Source: Chloroflexota bacterium
GTDB taxonomy: Bacteria; Chloroflexota; Chloroflexia; QHBQ01
Reading direction: 5' to 3'
NCBI GenBank assembly: GCA_043754535.1
Contig: JAYUUN010000084.1
Span: forward strand, 62,001-97,634
DNA: 35,634 nt
Below, piece after piece: positions 26,494-35,634 of the stretch. How positions within the stretch are numbered: position 1 is the first letter of the stretch; each line of letters begins with the position of its first letter. The translations under genes and the position numbers were made by a program. Under the pieces are notes generated by a model. The model was not told the DNA's origin, did no database searches, and saw only the letters and a program-made list of their open reading frames with translations.

Positions 26494-26522
26494 TTGCATT
26501 AGTAGCACCTATGGCTTATAAT
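26494..26522 (+). promoter_or_regulatory. Putative sigma70 promoter of the kinase operon
   Basis: TTGCAT-N17-TATAAT. Confidence 0.65.
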
Positions 26523-26843
26523 GTTGTAAGTCTCAAATGGCATAGCACGGTTGAGGCAGCGACAACAAGGCAAAGGCAAGTACGTAGCACAGTGGTCAGG
26601 CGGATTATCATATCCTTGAGGCATCTTTTATCTCCTCATCCCCGCCCTACTGCTCGCATATGTAAAAACCCCCTTGCTCAGAGCCGTTAGCCAGCCTTGC
26701 ACTTGCTGTGGGCTAAGAGCGCGGCTCTTGCGCCGGGCTGGTGGAGAGTGGACGAGCAGGTGAGCCGAGCCGCATGGTGGCTGTCGGCCACCTTTGCTTA
26801 CTTCACAACGAGGGGTTTCGGCGCGGACAAGGCGGGTACAGCA

Positions 26844-29036
26844 ATGTTGATAAAGAAGATTGGCATACCTGATGCGGGCGGCAACGGCACCAGCCGCCGC
26901 GAGGAGGAGCAGTCAGGCAACGGCAACGGCAACGATACCGCTGTCGGAGTTGGGTTGGGGGCGGCGGCGGTCAACCGGACGAGCGATCATAGCGGCCAGA
27001 CCAGCCAGCTTGACGCGATGCGTAACACGATCAGCGGGGTGACCACTCTTACTCGTGGCACAGTGCTGATGGATCGCTATGAGATTGAGCAGGTACGCGG
27101 CGTGGGCGGTATGAGTACCGTCTACCGCGCCCGCGATCTTCGCTTCGCCAACGTGCTGCGCTATACCGCGATCAAGGAGATGTTTGATACCACCACCGAT
27201 CCCTCGGTGGGGCGTGTCCGCCTTGCCAACTTTGAGCGTGAGGCTAGCATCCTCGCTACCCTCAACCATACCTCGATCACCAAGATTTACGACTACTTCA
27301 GCCTCGAAGGCAAAGTCTACTTGGTGCTTGAGTATATTGACGGCAAAGACCTGGAGAGTATGCTCGACGACCGGGCCGGGCCGATGCCAGAGGATGAGGT
27401 GCTGCGCTGGTCGATCCAAATCTGCGATGTCCTCAACTATCTGCACGGCCACAAGCCTCAGCCCATCGTCTTCCGCGACATGAAGCCCAGCAACATCATG
27501 TTCGACAACAGTTCCAGCCGCATCATGCTGGTGGACTTCGGTATCGCCAAGGTGTTCCAGAGCGACAAGAAGGGAACGATGATCGGCACCGAAGGCTATT
27601 CGCCGCCTGAGCAGTACCGAGGTATCGCCGAGCCGAGGGGCGACATCTACGCCCTGGGCGCGACTATGCACCATTTGCTGACCAACAGCGACCCGCGCAC
27701 TGAAACCCCGTTCACCTTCCACGAACGTCCGCCTCGCCGCCTCAACGCCCGCATCAGCCCTGCCACCGAAACCCTGATCATGAGGGCTTTGGAGTACGAT
27801 GCCACCCGCCGCTGGGCCAACGCTGAGGAGATGCGGCAGGCTCTGCTAGCGATCCTAGCTACCCACTCGCCGAACGAAGCGGCTGCCCTCAATGGCGGGG
27901 TGGCGGTGGGCAGCAGCACGGCAGCCAGTCAGCCGCCGCAATCTCCTAGTCAGTCGCAGCAACCCACCCAACCGCAGGAGACTAGCGGCGTGTCCCTCAA
28001 GCCTGGCCCCTCGCGCATGGCGATCCCTGGCACTGCCTTCATGGACCCCAGCAACGCCCCCCACCTGATCGGTGATTCTACCGATATGCTGTGGGACTTT
28101 GCCAGCGAAGATGAGATTCGCTCCTCGCCCATCGTCTACAAGGGGGTCGTCTATATTGGCTCCTACGACTCTAACCTCTACGCCCTCAACGCCAAGTCGG
28201 GCGAGTTCCTTTGGAAGGCCGCGACCGAGAACGGTATCTCCTCCTCACCCTGCGCCAGCGAGAACATGGTGTTCGTCGGCTCCGAGGATCACATCCTCTA
28301 CGCCTTTGACACGATCCGGGGGCGCAAGGTCTGGGAGTTCCGCACCAACGCGCCGATCCGCTCCTCGCCAAAGATCAACAACGGCCTGATCTACTTTGGC
28401 TCCGACGACCAGTTCATCTATTGCCTGGATGCCAAGACTGGGCGGCAGGTCTGGAAGTACCGCTGCTGGATGAGCGTGCGCTCGTCTGCCTCGTTTAGCC
28501 GCGGTAACATCTACATCGGTGCAAACGACAACCACCTCTACGCTCTGGACGCGACAACCGGGGCTTTGCGCTGGAAGTTCAACGCGGGGATGTCGATCAT
28601 CTCCACCCCGGCGATCACTGATGGGCTGGCTATTTTCGGCGCGATGGACAACAACATCTATGCCGTCGACCTGGAGAGCAGCTACGCCGCCTGGAAGTTC
28701 CGCACCGACGGCTTCATCTTCTCCTCGCCAGCGGTGCAGGCTGGCCGGGTCTACGTCGGTGGGGTGGATGGCTTCCTCTACTGCGTAGACATGAAGTCGG
28801 GGCGGCTGGTCTGGAAGTACAAGACAGGCGGGCAGGTCACATCTTCGCCACGCGTCCACGATAATGCTGTCTACTTCGGCGCGTCCGACAAGATGGTATA
28901 CTCACTGGCAACCCGCGACGGAGCTTTGCGCTGGCAGTTTCCCACCCTGGGGCCAGTACCGTCTTCGCCAACGATAGAAGATGGCATCGTCTATATCGGC
29001 AGCACCGACAACAAGCTATATGCGCTGGCGATCTAA
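26844..29036 (+). CDS. Hanks-type Ser/Thr protein kinase with a C-terminal PQQ-like beta-propeller
   Basis: GVGGMSTVY, AIKE, FRDMKPSN, DFG, GTEGYSPPE; about 8 repeats of SSPxVxxGxVYxGSxDxxLYALDxxTGxxxWxF; no TM; ATG 26844 after AAGGCGG. Confidence 0.93.
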   Translation: MLIKKIGIPDAGGNGTSRREEEQSGNGNGNDTAVGVGLGAAAVNRTSDHSGQTSQLDAMRNTISGVTTLTRGTVLMDRYEIEQVRGVGGMSTVYRARDLRFANVLRYTAIKEMFDTTTDPSVGRVRLANFEREASILATLNHTSITKIYDYFSLEGKVYLVLEYIDGKDLESMLDDRAGPMPEDEVLRWSIQICDVLNYLHGHKPQPIVFRDMKPSNIMFDNSSSRIMLVDFGIAKVFQSDKKGTMIGTEGYSPPEQYRGIAEPRGDIYALGATMHHLLTNSDPRTETPFTFHERPPRRLNARISPATETLIMRALEYDATRRWANAEEMRQALLAILATHSPNEAAALNGGVAVGSSTAASQPPQSPSQSQQPTQPQETSGVSLKPGPSRMAIPGTAFMDPSNAPHLIGDSTDMLWDFASEDEIRSSPIVYKGVVYIGSYDSNLYALNAKSGEFLWKAATENGISSSPCASENMVFVGSEDHILYAFDTIRGRKVWEFRTNAPIRSSPKINNGLIYFGSDDQFIYCLDAKTGRQVWKYRCWMSVRSSASFSRGNIYIGANDNHLYALDATTGALRWKFNAGMSIISTPAITDGLAIFGAMDNNIYAVDLESSYAAWKFRTDGFIFSSPAVQAGRVYVGGVDGFLYCVDMKSGRLVWKYKTGGQVTSSPRVHDNAVYFGASDKMVYSLATRDGALRWQFPTLGPVPSSPTIEDGIVYIGSTDNKLYALAI

Positions 29037-29072
29037 TCGCTGCCTACTACGAACAGGCGGGCCAAAGGTCTT

Positions 29073-29909
29073 ATGAAAGCAAAGCTCAGGGTAGGAACAA
29101 GTGAACAGGTAAGCAACGGCTCTGCCAGCAACTACCTGGCTTACGCTGCCCTGCGCCACGTGGGGGGCAAGCAGGCGAACGAGGACAACGTATTCGCCCT
29201 CGCCAGCCAGTTGCCCAACCAGACCGGGGCGGACGGCGATCTCCCGTTTGGTCTGTTCATCGTTGCCGACGGGGTGAGCAGCAGCGGCAGTGGCGCGTTT
29301 GCCAGTGCCTACGCCACCAAGCGAGTGGCCGGACGGCTACTCGAACGCCTCTACCTGCCGATGCTCGGCGGCCATGAGGCGGGGGTAATGGGCGGCACTG
29401 TCGGCGACATCCTGGCCGAGGCGGTACGCGAGGCAAACACCGAACTGTTCGCTATGGCGGGCAACGGCAACAACCCGGCGACGACGCTGACCGTTGCCCT
29501 GGTGCTGGGCCGCCGCCTCTACGCCGCCCATGCTGGCGACTCGCGTATCTACCTGTTCGACAAGGCAGGTGAACTGACACAGGTTACAGCCGACCACTCG
29601 ATGGTCGCCCGCCTGGTAGAGATGGGCCAGATGAGCGAGGCGGACGCGGCAAGTTCGCAGCAGCGCAGCAGCCTCTACCGCGCGGTCGGTATCTCCAGCG
29701 AGGTGGAAGTTGAGGTCTACAGCAACACGCTTGTTGATCAGCAACGGCTGCTGCTCTGCTCCGACGGACTGTGGAGCGCGGTGGAGGGGGAGGAGATCGC
29801 AGCCTACCTGCAAGCTCCCCCCGCCGAGGCTGCGGCTGCGCTGGTCGCTGCTGCCCTGGCCGCCCACGTAGAAGATAACGTCAGCACTATAGTGGTTGCG
29901 CTCGATTAG
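29073..29909 (+). CDS. PP2C/PPM-family Ser/Thr phosphatase
   Basis: NED, IVADG, AHAGDSRIY, DHS, LLCSDGLW, EDNVS. Confidence 0.92.
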   Translation: MKAKLRVGTSEQVSNGSASNYLAYAALRHVGGKQANEDNVFALASQLPNQTGADGDLPFGLFIVADGVSSSGSGAFASAYATKRVAGRLLERLYLPMLGGHEAGVMGGTVGDILAEAVREANTELFAMAGNGNNPATTLTVALVLGRRLYAAHAGDSRIYLFDKAGELTQVTADHSMVARLVEMGQMSEADAASSQQRSSLYRAVGISSEVEVEVYSNTLVDQQRLLLCSDGLWSAVEGEEIAAYLQAPPAEAAAALVAAALAAHVEDNVSTIVVALD

Positions 29910-29974
29910 CACTGCACAGCAGAGCCTAAGCCACAACAGCCCAGAGCGGGCGGGAGAAGGGAGGCAGGGGATTT

Positions 29975-31777
29975 ATGGACGAAACTAAAAGTAGCATGGC
30001 GGGTCGCGACAGGGTGTTGAACATGAGCCATATGTTTAGCACCAACGCCGTGCGCCCCACCGCCGACCGCCAGTTGCTCTATATGCTGGTGCAGGTCGCC
30101 CCCAACCAGGTCCAGGCCGTGACCAAAATCCCACTCAACATCTGCCTGGTGTTGGATCGCAGTTCCTCTATGCGTGGAGAGAAGATGGCCCGCGTCAAGG
30201 AGGCCGCCCGCTACATCGTAGATCAGCTATCGCCAACCGACACCTTCTCGGTGGTCAGCTTCAACGACCGTGCCTCGGTGGTTGTTCGCTCGCAGCGTGT
30301 ACAGGCCCGTGACCAGATCAAGAACATGATCGACTCGATTGAGGCACGCGGTGGCACGGAGATGGCTTCAGGGATCAGTATGGGGCTGGACGAGATCAAC
30401 TCAGCCTACGCACCTAACCTGATCAACTATATGCTGCTGCTAACCGATGGGCAGACTTATGGTGACGAGGATGAGTGCGTGCGCCTGGCTCGTCTCGCAG
30501 CAGAGAAGAAGATAGTGATCTCGCCCCTGGGCCTGGGCGACGAGTGGAACGAAGACTTGCTGGAGACAATAGCTGCCCGCACCGGTAGCAGTTCGGAGTA
30601 TATAGACACGCCAGAGAAGATCAGCGCGGCCTTCAAGAACAAGGTGGAGGGCTTCCGCTCGATCTACGCCCGCAACGCCACTGTCGCTCTCTACCTGGAA
30701 CAAGGGACGCAGTTGCAGAAGCTATATCGGGTGACACCGCTGATCAGCGAATTGAAGTTCAGCGAACCGAAGGCGGTGGCCCAGGTTCTTGGTCAGGCCG
30801 CCCTCGAAGCCGGAGCCGCCGAGGAAGTGCGGCTGGAACGCGAGCGTGACGAGCAGGCTGAGCGCGACCGCCAGATCGTCCTTGCCCGCCAACAGGCTGA
30901 GCAGACGGCGCAGGCGGCCAGCGACCCAGGGGCTAGCAACGCGCAGCGGGCTGGGCGCAGCCTCCTGGGGGTAAGGATCAGCAGCGTAGTCAACCAGCCA
31001 GAGGCGCAGCAAGCAGCCAACAATACAGGGGGCGACCTCCGCAATCTGTTCAACCAGCCGCTCCCTCCTGCCCTGCCGCGGGCAGTTAACGGCCCGACAG
31101 AGCAAGGCGAGCGGCCCACAATGATCGGCGAAGGGGAGGCCCGCGCAGGCAAGGAGCAAGAGCAGCAGCGGATGATAGTGCAGGAGCAGGAGCGTGATGT
31201 AGAGCGCAGCAACACCCTTGCCCTCCTCACCCCCAACCGCGAGGCTCTGCTCACCTCGATCAACCTGGGCCACCTGCGCGCCGACGAGGAGCAGTTCTTC
31301 CTTGCCGAAGTGCTGATCGCACCGCAAGCCCCAGGGCAGCGCAGGTTGGGCCGCCTCTGCCTGGTCTACGACCTACCGAGCATGGAGGGGGAGCCGCAGG
31401 CGGTGGCCGACGAAATGACCCTCACCTATAGCCTCGAAGTAAAGCCGCCCTACCCGGTCAGTGCGGTGATCAAGTCGGTGGTGGAGCGGCTGATCGCCTT
31501 CAAGTTGCAGGGCAGAGCGTGGCAGGACCTCAAAGCGGGAGATGTGCGCCAGGCGACAATGAAGCTGAAGATGGTCGCCACTCACCTACTCAACGCAGGC
31601 GATAAGGATTTGGCCGAGACAGTGCAGCGCGAGATCGAACACCTGGAAGGGTTTGGTCAGGCTTCACGCAGTGGCACCAAAAAGATCAAGTACGGCACTC
31701 GCGGCCTGGTCGCCAGTGCGGGTACCGCCAAGCTGTTCCAGGGTATGAAGCTGAACACCACCAACATCTCACGCTGA
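29975..31777 (+). CDS. vWA-domain protein with a large central low-complexity/coiled insertion
   Basis: PLNICLVLDRSSSM (MIDAS DxSxS), GGT, LLTDG, LGLGDEWNEDLL; helical C-terminus ending GTKKIKYGTRGL. Confidence 0.9.
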   Translation: MDETKSSMAGRDRVLNMSHMFSTNAVRPTADRQLLYMLVQVAPNQVQAVTKIPLNICLVLDRSSSMRGEKMARVKEAARYIVDQLSPTDTFSVVSFNDRASVVVRSQRVQARDQIKNMIDSIEARGGTEMASGISMGLDEINSAYAPNLINYMLLLTDGQTYGDEDECVRLARLAAEKKIVISPLGLGDEWNEDLLETIAARTGSSSEYIDTPEKISAAFKNKVEGFRSIYARNATVALYLEQGTQLQKLYRVTPLISELKFSEPKAVAQVLGQAALEAGAAEEVRLERERDEQAERDRQIVLARQQAEQTAQAASDPGASNAQRAGRSLLGVRISSVVNQPEAQQAANNTGGDLRNLFNQPLPPALPRAVNGPTEQGERPTMIGEGEARAGKEQEQQRMIVQEQERDVERSNTLALLTPNREALLTSINLGHLRADEEQFFLAEVLIAPQAPGQRRLGRLCLVYDLPSMEGEPQAVADEMTLTYSLEVKPPYPVSAVIKSVVERLIAFKLQGRAWQDLKAGDVRQATMKLKMVATHLLNAGDKDLAETVQREIEHLEGFGQASRSGTKKIKYGTRGLVASAGTAKLFQGMKLNTTNISR

Positions 31778-31807
31778 AACCGTGATCGGGGGCAAAAGAG
31801 GAAAAAG

Positions 31808-32422
31808 ATGATCAAGTGTCCAACGTGCGCTACTGAATGGGTTGAAGGTACGCTGTACTGCGAGAACTGCGGCACCTACCTGGCTGCCGCCGCCGAGGTC
31901 GACTCGTCGGCAGCGGCCAACCCGCTGGCGATTAACCTGCCGTCCCTCACGACCAATGGTGCGCCAACTGATACCTTGCGCCCCAGCGAGGGGAGCGGTG
32001 GCGGCGGCGGCGGTGGTGGTGGTGAGAAGATAGGCACCCTACCGCTGCCTGCTGGCGGGCAAGGCGGCATCTCGCTACCCACCCGCGCCCGTCGCCTGCG
32101 CCTGCTGATCCTCAATACAGGCCGCCTGAGCAACTGGCTGCCCGACACAGAGATACAGATTGGCCGCAGCGACCGCGCCAATGGCATCTTCCCCCAGGTT
32201 GACCTCGACCCCGACGGCGGCTACGAAGCGGGCGTGTCGCGCAAGCACGCCCAGATCAGCCGTAACGACGACACCTACTACGTGATGGACCTTGGCTCGG
32301 TCAACGGTTCCTTCCTCAACAAGCAGCGGCTCCCCCCCCACACTGCCACTGCCCTCAAGGACGGTGACGAACTGCGCCTGGGCAACGTGGTGATGAAGGT
32401 GGTAATGGAGACGGTCAACTAG
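31808..32422 (+). CDS. Zinc-ribbon plus FHA-domain protein
   Basis: CPTC...YCENCG; Gly9 linker; FHA motifs IGRSD, VSRKHA, DLGSVNGS, LKDGDELRLG. Confidence 0.92.
   Translation: MIKCPTCATEWVEGTLYCENCGTYLAAAAEVDSSAAANPLAINLPSLTTNGAPTDTLRPSEGSGGGGGGGGGEKIGTLPLPAGGQGGISLPTRARRLRLLILNTGRLSNWLPDTEIQIGRSDRANGIFPQVDLDPDGGYEAGVSRKHAQISRNDDTYYVMDLGSVNGSFLNKQRLPPHTATALKDGDELRLGNVVMKVVMETVN
31997..32023 (+). repeat. GGY trinucleotide run encoding nine consecutive glycines
   Basis: ggt ggc ggc ggc ggc ggt ggt ggt ggt. Confidence 0.8.
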
Positions 32423-32445
32423 CAAGCAGCAGGAGAAAACCCGAC

Positions 32446-32697
32446 TTGGCTATCACTATCATCCTCCACATCTCCAACGAAGACCCGATCCTGGCAGAGA
32501 TCGAAGCCCTGCCAGAAGCCACCGACACTACGGTGACGATCCTCAACCCTCGACGCAAGGACGGCAAGGCTGTTGCCTACCTGGCGAACGGGGTGCGGAG
32601 CGTCACCTTCCCCTGGTGGCGGGTCAGCTTCCTTGAGGTGATGAGTAGCGACAGCGAGCAGCGCGAGATCATCGGCTTCTACCGCGAAAGCAAGTAG
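32446..32697 (+). CDS. Small hypothetical protein (83 aa, beta-rich)
   Basis: TTG start after AGGAG; sits inside the operon; NPRRKDGK motif. Confidence 0.75.
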   Translation: MAITIILHISNEDPILAEIEALPEATDTTVTILNPRRKDGKAVAYLANGVRSVTFPWWRVSFLEVMSSDSEQREIIGFYRESK

Positions 32698-32701
32698 TCG
32701 G

Positions 32702-33817
32702 GTGGCGCAACCCCGCCGCATCGCTGCCTTTGTCTTGCTGCCTATCGGCGACACCCTGTTCTGCACCCCTGCCTTGCACGCCCTGCGCCTGGCTTACCCG
32801 CAGGCGACCATCCACGCCCTCGTCTTCCCCAACAACCGCGCAGTATTGGAGAGTAGTCCCGATCTGGATGGGCTGATCGGCTATCCCACCCGCCAAACCT
32901 GGGGGCAGTGGGGGTTGGGGCGGCTAGCGGGCCTCTACCGCTGGCTGCATCAGCAGAAGTACGATCTCGTGGTCGAGTTCTGCCCGGCCATTGGCTGGCT
33001 AACCCTGCTCACCACCCCTCGGCGGCGGGCCTGGGCGCACTACCCGCCTCTCTGGTGGCTGCTGCCCGACTCGCCCAGGGCGCAACTGTGGCGCAGCTTG
33101 CACGCCGTGCAAATCTTCAACCGCGCCCTTGAGCTAGACCTCGGCATTGCAGTGCCAGCAGAGAGCCGCCCACGCCTGCACCTGCGCCCAGCCGACCATG
33201 CGGCGGCGGCGCAACTACTGCACCGCTTGCAGATTGTGCCAGAACGCGAGTTGGTGATCACCATGCACCCAGGCGGCGAGGGGGTAAAGGGCCAGAAGCG
33301 GTGGCCCAGCCAACACTTCGCCGCCTTGGCCGACCTGTTGATCGAGCAGCATGGGGCGCGAGTGTTGCTGGTGGGTGGGGCGGAGGACAGTGGCATCGCA
33401 ACGGCAGTGATCGGCCAAAGCCGCCTGCCCCGCCGCATCGTCAGCCGTCAACTGATCAGCCTGGTGGGGCAAGCCAAGCTATTGGAGAGCGCAGCGGTGC
33501 TGGAACGCAGCCGCCTGTTCATCGGCAACGACTCCGGCCCCCTGCACATGGCCGCCGCCCTCGGCACTAGCGTACTGGGCATCTACGGCCCGACCAGCCT
33601 GCACAACTACCGCCCCTATCTGCCAGAAGCAGAGCAGGGCCACACCTGGCAGGTGCTGACTCCTACCGACTACCAGCCGCAGGCCTTCTTCATCGCGGGC
33701 GTGCCGCTCTGGAAGCGGGCAATGGAGACCTCTGCTGGGATAGAGAGCATCAGCCCCGCAACTGCTCTCGCCGCCGCCGCGCAGTTGCTCGCCGCGGGGA
33801 GAGAGCGACTGCCTTAA
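32702..33817 (+). CDS. Glycosyltransferase family 9 (heptosyltransferase-like)
   Basis: IGDTLFCTPALHALRLAYP, MHPG...KRWP, FIGNDSGPLHMAAALG, IYGPTS. Confidence 0.92.
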   Translation: MAQPRRIAAFVLLPIGDTLFCTPALHALRLAYPQATIHALVFPNNRAVLESSPDLDGLIGYPTRQTWGQWGLGRLAGLYRWLHQQKYDLVVEFCPAIGWLTLLTTPRRRAWAHYPPLWWLLPDSPRAQLWRSLHAVQIFNRALELDLGIAVPAESRPRLHLRPADHAAAAQLLHRLQIVPERELVITMHPGGEGVKGQKRWPSQHFAALADLLIEQHGARVLLVGGAEDSGIATAVIGQSRLPRRIVSRQLISLVGQAKLLESAAVLERSRLFIGNDSGPLHMAAALGTSVLGIYGPTSLHNYRPYLPEAEQGHTWQVLTPTDYQPQAFFIAGVPLWKRAMETSAGIESISPATALAAAAQLLAAGRERLP

Positions 33818-33830
33818 CACTTACTGCGCC

Positions 33831-35303
33831 CTAGCGTTTCACCCCGCCCGCTAGCTCCTCTGGTTGCAGCGGGCGGAAGGTGGTGGCTTGTAGAGGGAGG
33901 CTGAAGGCAAACTGGCTGCCCCGACCTACCTCGCTGTTCAGCCAAATGCGCCCGCCGTGCTGCTCTACGATCTGCTTACTGACATAGAGACCGAGGCCGA
34001 AACCGCTGATCTTGGTTGCGCCATTGCCTACGTTGCTGGCGCGATAGAAGCGTTGGAAAAGACGCTCCTGCTCCGCCGCTGGGATACCCAGTCCAGCATC
34101 GCTGACGGTGCAGACAACATCCTAACGCACCCGCCGCAGGCTAAGTGTCACCTTGCCGCCATCGGGCGAGTATTTGATCGCGTTACCCACCAGGTTGTAC
34201 AGCACCCTCTCCATCCGGTTCGCATCCAGCATGGCGGTCAGTTCGCCTTCCCCACTGTCCACCTCCAACTGGTGGTTGGGCGATAGCGGTCGCAACTCGT
34301 CCAGCACGCGTTGGCAGAGGCGCACCAAATCGGTAGCAGTGCGTTGCAGGTTGTCGTTGCGGTCTAGCATACGGTTCACATCAAGCAACTCCTCCACCAT
34401 ACGCGCTAGCCTACCGCTCTGCTGGTCAATAGTATCAAGATGGCTAGTGATCTTGTCCCAGTCGTCGCGCTTGAGGGTCACAGTATTGCCCTCAGCGATC
34501 TGCCGCCGCAGCCGCCGCAAGACCATCTGACTGTAACCCTTAATCGAGGTAACGGGGGTGCGTAGCTCGTGGCGAGCAACCGAGAGCAGGTCATCACGGG
34601 CGCGGGTCGCTTCAACCAGCCGCACTGTCTCCACCAGGTAGCGGCGCGCGCGGTTGTTGATGTAGTAGAGCAGGCCAACCGCTAGCAAGCCAATTACCCC
34701 AAGGAAGATAATGCTGATCTCCAGTGCGACAATCCAACTGTCACGTTCAGCTAGCATCTGGGTACGCAGCTCAACCAGGTGGTTGCCGAGCGCGAGATTG
34801 CTAGCGCGGAAGTGGTCGAAAGCGGCCTTGCCTGCACCTGAAGACACTTCAGCCGCTGCCAGCTCTGCCTTGCCACTCTTGACTAGCTGCACGTCACGCT
34901 CGCCAAACTGCTCCTGCCAGGCACTAGCCGCGCTCTTAACCTGGGCGAGTAGGGTAGGAACCTGTCCGCCAACCACGAGAGCTTGCTGCTCAGCGGCCAG
35001 CCAGAGCTTTGCGAGGTCGCCCCGCCCTGCGTTGTATGGTTCGAGAAACTGCTCCTTGCTGGTCAGGATGTAGCCGCGCTGCCCTGTCTCCTGATCGCTC
35101 ATCAGCGTGCTAACGTGGCTACTGCTATCGATCAGTGGACGTATCTTGGTGATCAGGTCGTCACCAATGCCAAGCGCACGAAACGAGATCAGGGTAGGGA
35201 CGACACCAAGTAGCACAACGATCAGCACCAAGAACCCGACAGCAAGTCGGGTGCGGTCATCCTTGATCTGATATTGTGTGGTTGGACTGCTCTCTTGCTG
35301 CAT
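33831..35303 (-). pseudogene. CHASE3-domain sensor histidine kinase interrupted by an in-frame TAG at 34122-34124
   Basis: TM-CHASE3 (DQETGQRGYILT...FLEPY)-TM, H box RHELRTP, N box NLVGNAIKYS. After the TAG the frame continues DVVCTVSDAGLGIP (G1), LFQRFYR (F box), GFGLGL (G2), HGGRIW...GSQFAFSLP to a TAG at 33831. Confidence 0.85.
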
Positions 35304-35539
35304 CGCCTCCTACCTCAACGTCGGTTTTGTTTGCACCTTCTATAGCAAGAACCGTGCTTAGACGAAGGTTTGGGGCGAACAAAACAGCCACCTTATATTC
35401 AGCTACCGCCATTTCTACTGAGCCGCTCACCTGATCCACTCGCCAATGCATATCTGGAGGCTCGCCACTTGGTCAGCCGCACATAGGGCAGATGTGGAGG
35501 CCGTAGCTAGAGGAGTAGCGATCCCCTCCGCGCTGTGCG

Positions 35540-35634
35540 CTAGCTAATGTCCACCGCTGCAACGGTGCAGCGGGCAATGCAGACTAGCTTGCCGTCCTCG
35601 TCTCGTATCTCCACCTGCCAGACCTGCGTGCTAC
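35540..35634 (-). CDS. PaaI/YdiI-like hotdog-fold thioesterase, C-terminal end only (5' part outside the window)
   Basis: Manual translation: STQVWQVEIRDEDGKLVCIARCTVAAVDIS*. Confidence 0.8.
   Translation of the reverse strand, partial: STQVWQVEIRDEDGKLVCIARCTVAAVDIS

Noticed and set aside
28090..29030. Periodic repeats of about 120 bp suggestive of a CRISPR or repeat array
   Set aside because: They are degenerate coding repeats of the PQQ beta-propeller blades, not identical repeats with unique spacers.
34122..34124. Genome-wide TAG reassignment (alternative genetic code)
   Set aside because: Well-conserved genes such as mdh, mltG and the thiolase end at TAG at their expected C-termini.

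Overview
GC-rich bacterial chromosomal window, most likely from a Chloroflexota member (an inference from the LppX-like lipoproteins, the kinase-PQQ/PP2C/vWA/FHA cluster and the gene style; there is no rRNA to confirm it). It holds about 32 protein genes, mostly housekeeping: tig, an A24 prepilin peptidase, aroE, mltG, a P1B ATPase, a GH172/DUF2961 protein, mdh, prmA, crtB, an XRE-TPR regulator, GT4, dgkA, ybeY, two lipoproteins, a thiolase, a Ser/Thr signalling operon, GT9, a CHASE3 histidine kinase and the end of a hotdog thioesterase. I saw no tRNA, rRNA, CRISPR array or transposase. The most interesting element is a five-gene minus-strand operon (1517-6848) between the prepilin peptidase and tig, with its own near-consensus promoter. 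It encodes an Rpn11-like JAB/JAMM peptidase translationally coupled to a single-chain tandem E1 enzyme (inactive plus active adenylation domain, as in UBA1 or type II BilD), then two unknown proteins with amphipathic basic C-terminal tails and a multi-pass membrane protein. No ubiquitin-like protein or E2 is recognisable in it, so it is a candidate non-canonical protein-conjugation system. Other highlights: an AmmeMemoRadiSam-type radical SAM protein that has lost all three cluster cysteines, an in-frame amber codon inside the histidine kinase, a strong TAG stop-codon bias, and repeated T-x-x-[IL] FHA-docking-like motifs in the vWA tail. All family calls come from motifs read by eye; no database search was run.
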